Shown here piece after piece: positions 33,674 through 37,280 of a DNA stretch of 37,280 bases. Both the position numbers and the translations under genes were made by a program. This stretch comes from Kondoa subrosea. Its lineage: Eukaryota. The stretch's first letter is position 1; every line of letters starts with the position of its first letter. The notes under the pieces were generated by a model. The model was not told the DNA's origin. It made no database searches and saw only the letters and a program-made list of their open reading frames with translations. The stretch covers positions 310,001-347,280 of the forward strand of contig BCIN01000011.1 in assembly GCA_039545335.1 (NCBI GenBank), read 5' to 3'.

Positions 33674-34882
33674 CTATAATTCTACACGAGCATCCTTTTT
33701 TACTGTTGCTGCTCCGCTTGGCTGCCCAGTTCCCTTTCTCTCTAGATCTGAAGCATACAAAGCAGCTCCAACGCTTGAAGTGAACAAGACAGCTAGTCCA
33801 ACTATGGGAACCAGCTGTAATGCGAGAGTGGTTGCGCCAAATCTAGAGACCAGGAATAAGCAAGGTAAAGGTGAACAATAAGGAAGGATTGGTACGCGGT
33901 AAGAGTACCATGGTTATTATGCACGAAGGATGCTCGCTGTTCTTTTGTGAACTGCTTCAAGCCAAAGTAGCGGGACAAGTATCCTGGTCCAGCCTTAATT
34001 CCTGCAATACAAAGATAGCATTACGGCCATGCAATGGAGAGGGACGTAAGATAGCTTACCATTGTAGAGTAAGAAAACTATAGTTCCGACTACCGGCACA
34101 GCGTTGAGTGGAAGAGTGATTAAGTATCGAATCAATCCCTCTGTTGAGAACTTATTGAGCGGCTTTGTGATGGTCTTGCCCAAACGCTTGACATCCACAC
34201 CACGTTCTTTGGTCTTGAGTACTTGTCTGCCTTTACCAACGAGCTGATCATGACCTTGCTGCAAAGAGAAAAGAGCCATTAGATTGAGAACTACTCGTAG
34301 TGAAAACAGTACCGCTTACCTGCAACAATACAGCATCGAAGAGTTGATCCTGTACTTCGCTCACGAAGAAGACTCGAGCAACGAATAAGATGATGACGGA
34401 TGATTCTGCAAGGATGAGAGGAACAGCGGCGATGAAGGCCAAAGGACCAGAAATGAAAGCGAGAACAGCGACGTGAGGGAAGTAGGTGAGTATGAACATT
34501 GCGGCAAGGACGACAGCGCTGACAATCAAAAGATTCAAGATGACTGGCGCGACCTAGATAAGACAATGAGCATAGAGTAGAATATCAAATCTGCTGTTCA
34601 TACAGATTTATAGAGACTTGGATGTCTGCGTCACACATTCAAGTCAAGTCAGGACCATCCAAACACTATGCCCAGGGTAGACTCACGTAGCGAAGTATAT
34701 GATGCCTCTGAAGGGATAGATGTAGCCTGTATAGTGTTTCTATGAGCTCTGTATAGCATCCAGGTTTATTAAAGCTGACCTCCGGATTGTAGAGCCTGCT
34801 GCCCAAGCTTAGCAGCGGTACCAATCTCTTCCTGGATGACATTCTTTGCAGTGTCTTGAATGCTTTTCTTGTTGTTCGACAT
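33674..34882 (-). CDS. EI24-domain multi-pass membrane protein (Lds1/Lds2/Rrt8-like)
   Basis: GGYIYPFRGIIYFATHPSLYK, MFILTYFPHVAVLAFISGPLAFIAAVPLILAES, DQLFDAVLLQQGHDQLV, LIRYLITLPLNAVPVVGTIVFLLYNGIKAGPGYLSRYFGLK, AFGATTLALQLVPIVG...SSVGAALYASDLE. Six introns; stop TAG 33674-33676. Confidence 0.85.
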
Positions 34883-35002
34883 CTTGCTCGTGGTTTGAGG
34901 GAAGGCGGCAGCAAAGAACGAAAAAAATAGACAATTCGAAGTGCGTCATTTAGACAAAATGCACAGAGGTTTCACAAGCAGTACAATCGTACATCAGTAA
35001 AC

Positions 35003-35700
35003 CTAAAAGCCAAAGACTCTCTCATCCTCATGACCAAACTCCTTTGAAGCGACGCCGCGAAGGCAAGCTGTATCGTCCGCAGGAGGATGCAAGTGTTGTT
35101 TGATCTGGTCTCTGTCAGGATGACCAGTTCCAAGCTTCCAATCTTGGTCTTTGTCTGGATCTGGGAAGAAGATGGGTCTGGAGACAGATTCCTTTAGGGC
35201 AAGACTTTATAATCCATAGATCTAGCTCGTCAGAATACTTGTGCGCTGTCTGTTATAATTCATCAAACATTAGAATATCAGCGCGTTCGATCACAGTCGA
35301 TCAGTCTGATCTGTGTCTTGTCTTCGAGATCATCAAAGATGGCGTGAATTGGTCGATAATGAGGAGCTATGAGATGGGCAGCTTTCTTCTGCAGGAAAGA
35401 ATGTAGATCTCGCTGATGCCTGATCCGCCCGCGATCAGATTGATTGTATCGAACTGCTTGTCTTCTTCAGAGATGGTAACGTTGCCCTTACCGTTGTAGG
35501 TAGTCTCGCCAAGAGGGCCTTCGACACATCTTATTATCCTCATTAAGTGAAATGTGCATTATCACGTACCTCTGCAGTCTATTTCTTCGCCTGCTTTCAT
35601 GACGACGAGATATTTGCCGATAGTACCACCAAATTAAACCTGGCATCTGCCTCTGGTAATTAGACTTTCACAAGCAGATCCATTGTACCATCTTCATCTC
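35003..35700 (-). pseudogene. Decayed C-terminal FAD/NAD(P)H-binding module of a nitrate-reductase-like (cytochrome-b5-reductase-fold) gene
   Basis: Fragments in order: DEDGTMDLLVKV*LP (TAA 35660-35662); frameshift; GGTIGKYLVVMKAGEEIDCR|GPLGETTYNGKG; TINLIAGGSGI|TPHY; DKTQIRLIDCDRT; frameshift; DILMFDEL* (TAA 35253-35255); DWKLGTGH...IKQHLHPP; no CGPP; end RVFGF*. Intron remnants at 35519-35569 and 35367-35413. Confidence 0.8.
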
Positions 35701-36187
35701 GTGCCTTCCGCATGATTCGTAGCAAGCCTGGTAGTCGTTCGATCTAAGGGTCCAGCGCGAGCGCAGTAGCGTGACATGCTATGATAGAGAGTTTGACAAA
35801 GCGGTAATAGCGCGGGGAAGTATAGCTTTTTGACCAGTAGAGCCTGGTAGCTGGCGAATTACAACGGTGAGCACTTGCAGAAGAGCGCCATCGCAGCGAG
35901 ACTGATGTTCAGGACAAGGTAAACGTATAGACCGGACGATCTTGGAACAGGTGCCGTCAAGTCAAAGCTTAAAACCGTCTGAAAGCACGACAAAAGAACC
36001 TCCGACCGGATGGATAGACTTCTTGAAGCTTCGTTTGAATGCGAAGTTTGAAATATTAGCAGCTACGAGCCGCAATTGGAGCTCAACATCTGCTCGACTA
36101 ATTTGTCTTTCCATGTTCCAAGTAGAAAAGACCTTAAGATCGGACTGAGCGGAGGTGCTATAGCTGGGCTAAAAAGGTGGAGAGAGG

Positions 36188-36960
36188 TCAAAATCCCAGT
36201 ATTGAACCACCGGTCACACTGTCTGTACCGTTCCAAGGAGGAGAAAGGAAGACCCATTCAAGAAAGATGTTTTCCGCTCCAGTTGTTCCGTCAGATGTTT
36301 CTCGAGGCAGAGGGATAATGAAGCGCAGATTCTCGCGAGCTATTGAAGTCATTCGCGTGTAGGTTTCGACTGGGATGACGGCGTCTAGTTTCGTTGTTGA
36401 TTTGGCTGAAGCATGGTAAGCTTTCCAAAGGGCAGAAATCCCCTCAGCGGAAGGTGCAGGATGCCTTGTGAGAAGAATTTTGTAGGTCTATCATGTCCGA
36501 CAGAGGCTGTAGATGCCTTGAGCTCGGCTGAAGTTCGAGAGCGCAGTGTTGACCTTGATGTCGCTTTTGCTCCTCCTTTGATCTATCCCGCTAGGCAATG
36601 AAGGAGGTGCAACAGCAGAAGGGATCTGCTGCAGAGATGAATCGCTTGATAGCTTGGAAGCGCCGCTCGCTGTTTTGATTGACTTGACTTTCTCATTGAC
36701 GAGCCTTGTCCTTCAACGTCTGCAAGTCTACTCCTTTCCTAGCATCGAAATTGAGCAACATGTTTACCAGATAAGGGATTCGCTCACGCCTTCGCTGCAG
36801 CTTCCAGCGCCTGCCCATACTTCTCTTCATATTGCTGCCGTTTTTGAGCTATTCTTTCCCTTGAGCCTATCAATGCCTCTGGCACGCCAGTGGTCAAACA
36901 TCGGAAGCTGCTGCATCTCTTGCAAGATAGGACTGGTCGATATAACAGGCTTGTGATCAT
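36188..36960 (-). pseudogene. ATP11: Frameshifted, 3'-truncated ATP11 (mitochondrial F1-ATPase assembly chaperone)
   Basis: Presequence-like MITSLLYRPVLSCKRCSSFRCLTT, then YEEKYGQALEAAAKA|KG, IK|PLSDMIDL, ISALWKAYH, DAVIPVETYTRMTSIARENLRFIIPLPR and GAENIFLEWVF. Frameshifts near 36705 (premature TGA 36693-36695) and near 36480. The conserved C-terminal half is absent. Confidence 0.8.
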
Positions 36961-37068
36961 CGTGGCTCGACAAACCGCTGATTGGCTTCAAGCTACAAGA
37001 GGTGGCTTTCTGCAACTTGCTTATTGGCGAACAGCGTCGTCAACAGTCAAGCATGATCATAATACAGT

Positions 37069-37280
37069 CTACACAAATGAATCTGTCTCGATCGCTACTA
37101 GGACGTCGTCCACTGGCTTGCTCAAGCTCGAATTCACTCTCCACTCTTCGCACTTGTCCAAGCCTCTCCAATGATTGAATCCAGCTCGCCCTTTGCTTCT
37201 AAGCTTGCGACTTACTTCTATTGATAGCTTTGGCTCGAGAGAAAAGCACTGCTTGCTGCTGTCAGGGCCTTGACTGAACT
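37069..37280 (-). CDS. Possible 3' end of an upstream gene, product unknown
   Basis: One minus-strand frame is open from the window edge for about 69 codons (FSQGPDSSKQCFSLEPKLSIEVSRKLRSKGRAGFNHWRGLDKCEEWRVNSSLSKPVDDVLVAIETDSFV*) to TAG 37069-37071, 108 bp before the ATP11 ATG. No family recognised. Confidence 0.35.
   Translation of the reverse strand, partial: FSQGPDSSKQCFSLEPKLSIEVSRKLRSKGRAGFNHWRGLDKCEEWRVNSSLSKPVDDVLVAIETDSFV

Noticed and set aside
35725..35850. 10-bp direct repeat AGCCTGGTAG as a transposon target-site duplication
   Set aside because: No terminal inverted repeats, LTRs or transposase remnants lie between the copies, and one 10-mer repeat in about 500 bp can arise by chance. 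Kept only as a note in the junction finding.
35003..36960. Stop-codon readthrough, recoding or an alternative genetic code to rescue the relics
   Set aside because: The lesions include frameshifts, deletions and missing domains, and all neighbouring genes use the standard code with TAA, TAG and TGA as stops.
1..37280. tRNA, rRNA, snoRNA, CRISPR array, prokaryotic operon or secondary-metabolite cluster
   Set aside because: I saw no cloverleaf, rRNA-like tract, repeat-spacer array or backbone synthase. The SDR and GNAT are isolated among housekeeping genes. Small ncRNAs cannot be excluded without an Infernal scan.

Overview
Very compact, intron-rich fungal nuclear DNA. Protein style, introns of about 45-70 nt and GTRAGY/CTRAY/YAG signals point to a basidiomycete, probably a Pucciniomycotina yeast; the taxon is an inference. 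Hand-splicing gives 17 apparently intact genes: SKI2 (3' part), an LRR protein, a short THOC5, an SDR, a stand-alone AKAP7/ASCC1-type 2H phosphoesterase, UTP17/NAN1, FAB1, a bestrophin/UPF0187 channel, AFG1, NOP14, a 90-aa Lys/Glu-rich orphan, a WBP2-like protein, RRP7, a GNAT, RPN12, PRE3 and an EI24/Lds-family protein. The right end holds a decayed mosaic: the 3' FAD/NAD-binding module of a nitrate-reductase-like gene, about 490 bp of unassigned DNA, and the frameshifted 5' part of ATP11. The most notable points are (i) this pseudogene scar involving a normally indispensable respiratory gene, (ii) a head-to-head proteasome pair RPN12/PRE3 with 119 bp between the ATGs, (iii) CDS-to-CDS gaps of 15, 37, 39 and 59 bp, (iv) microexons down to 5 nt and non-standard splice sites, and (v) recurring CGCG-core intergenic motifs. 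I found no rRNA, tRNA, CRISPR array or recognisable transposon. I cannot show a wholly new biological system from sequence alone. All exon structures and family calls come from manual reading, not database searches.
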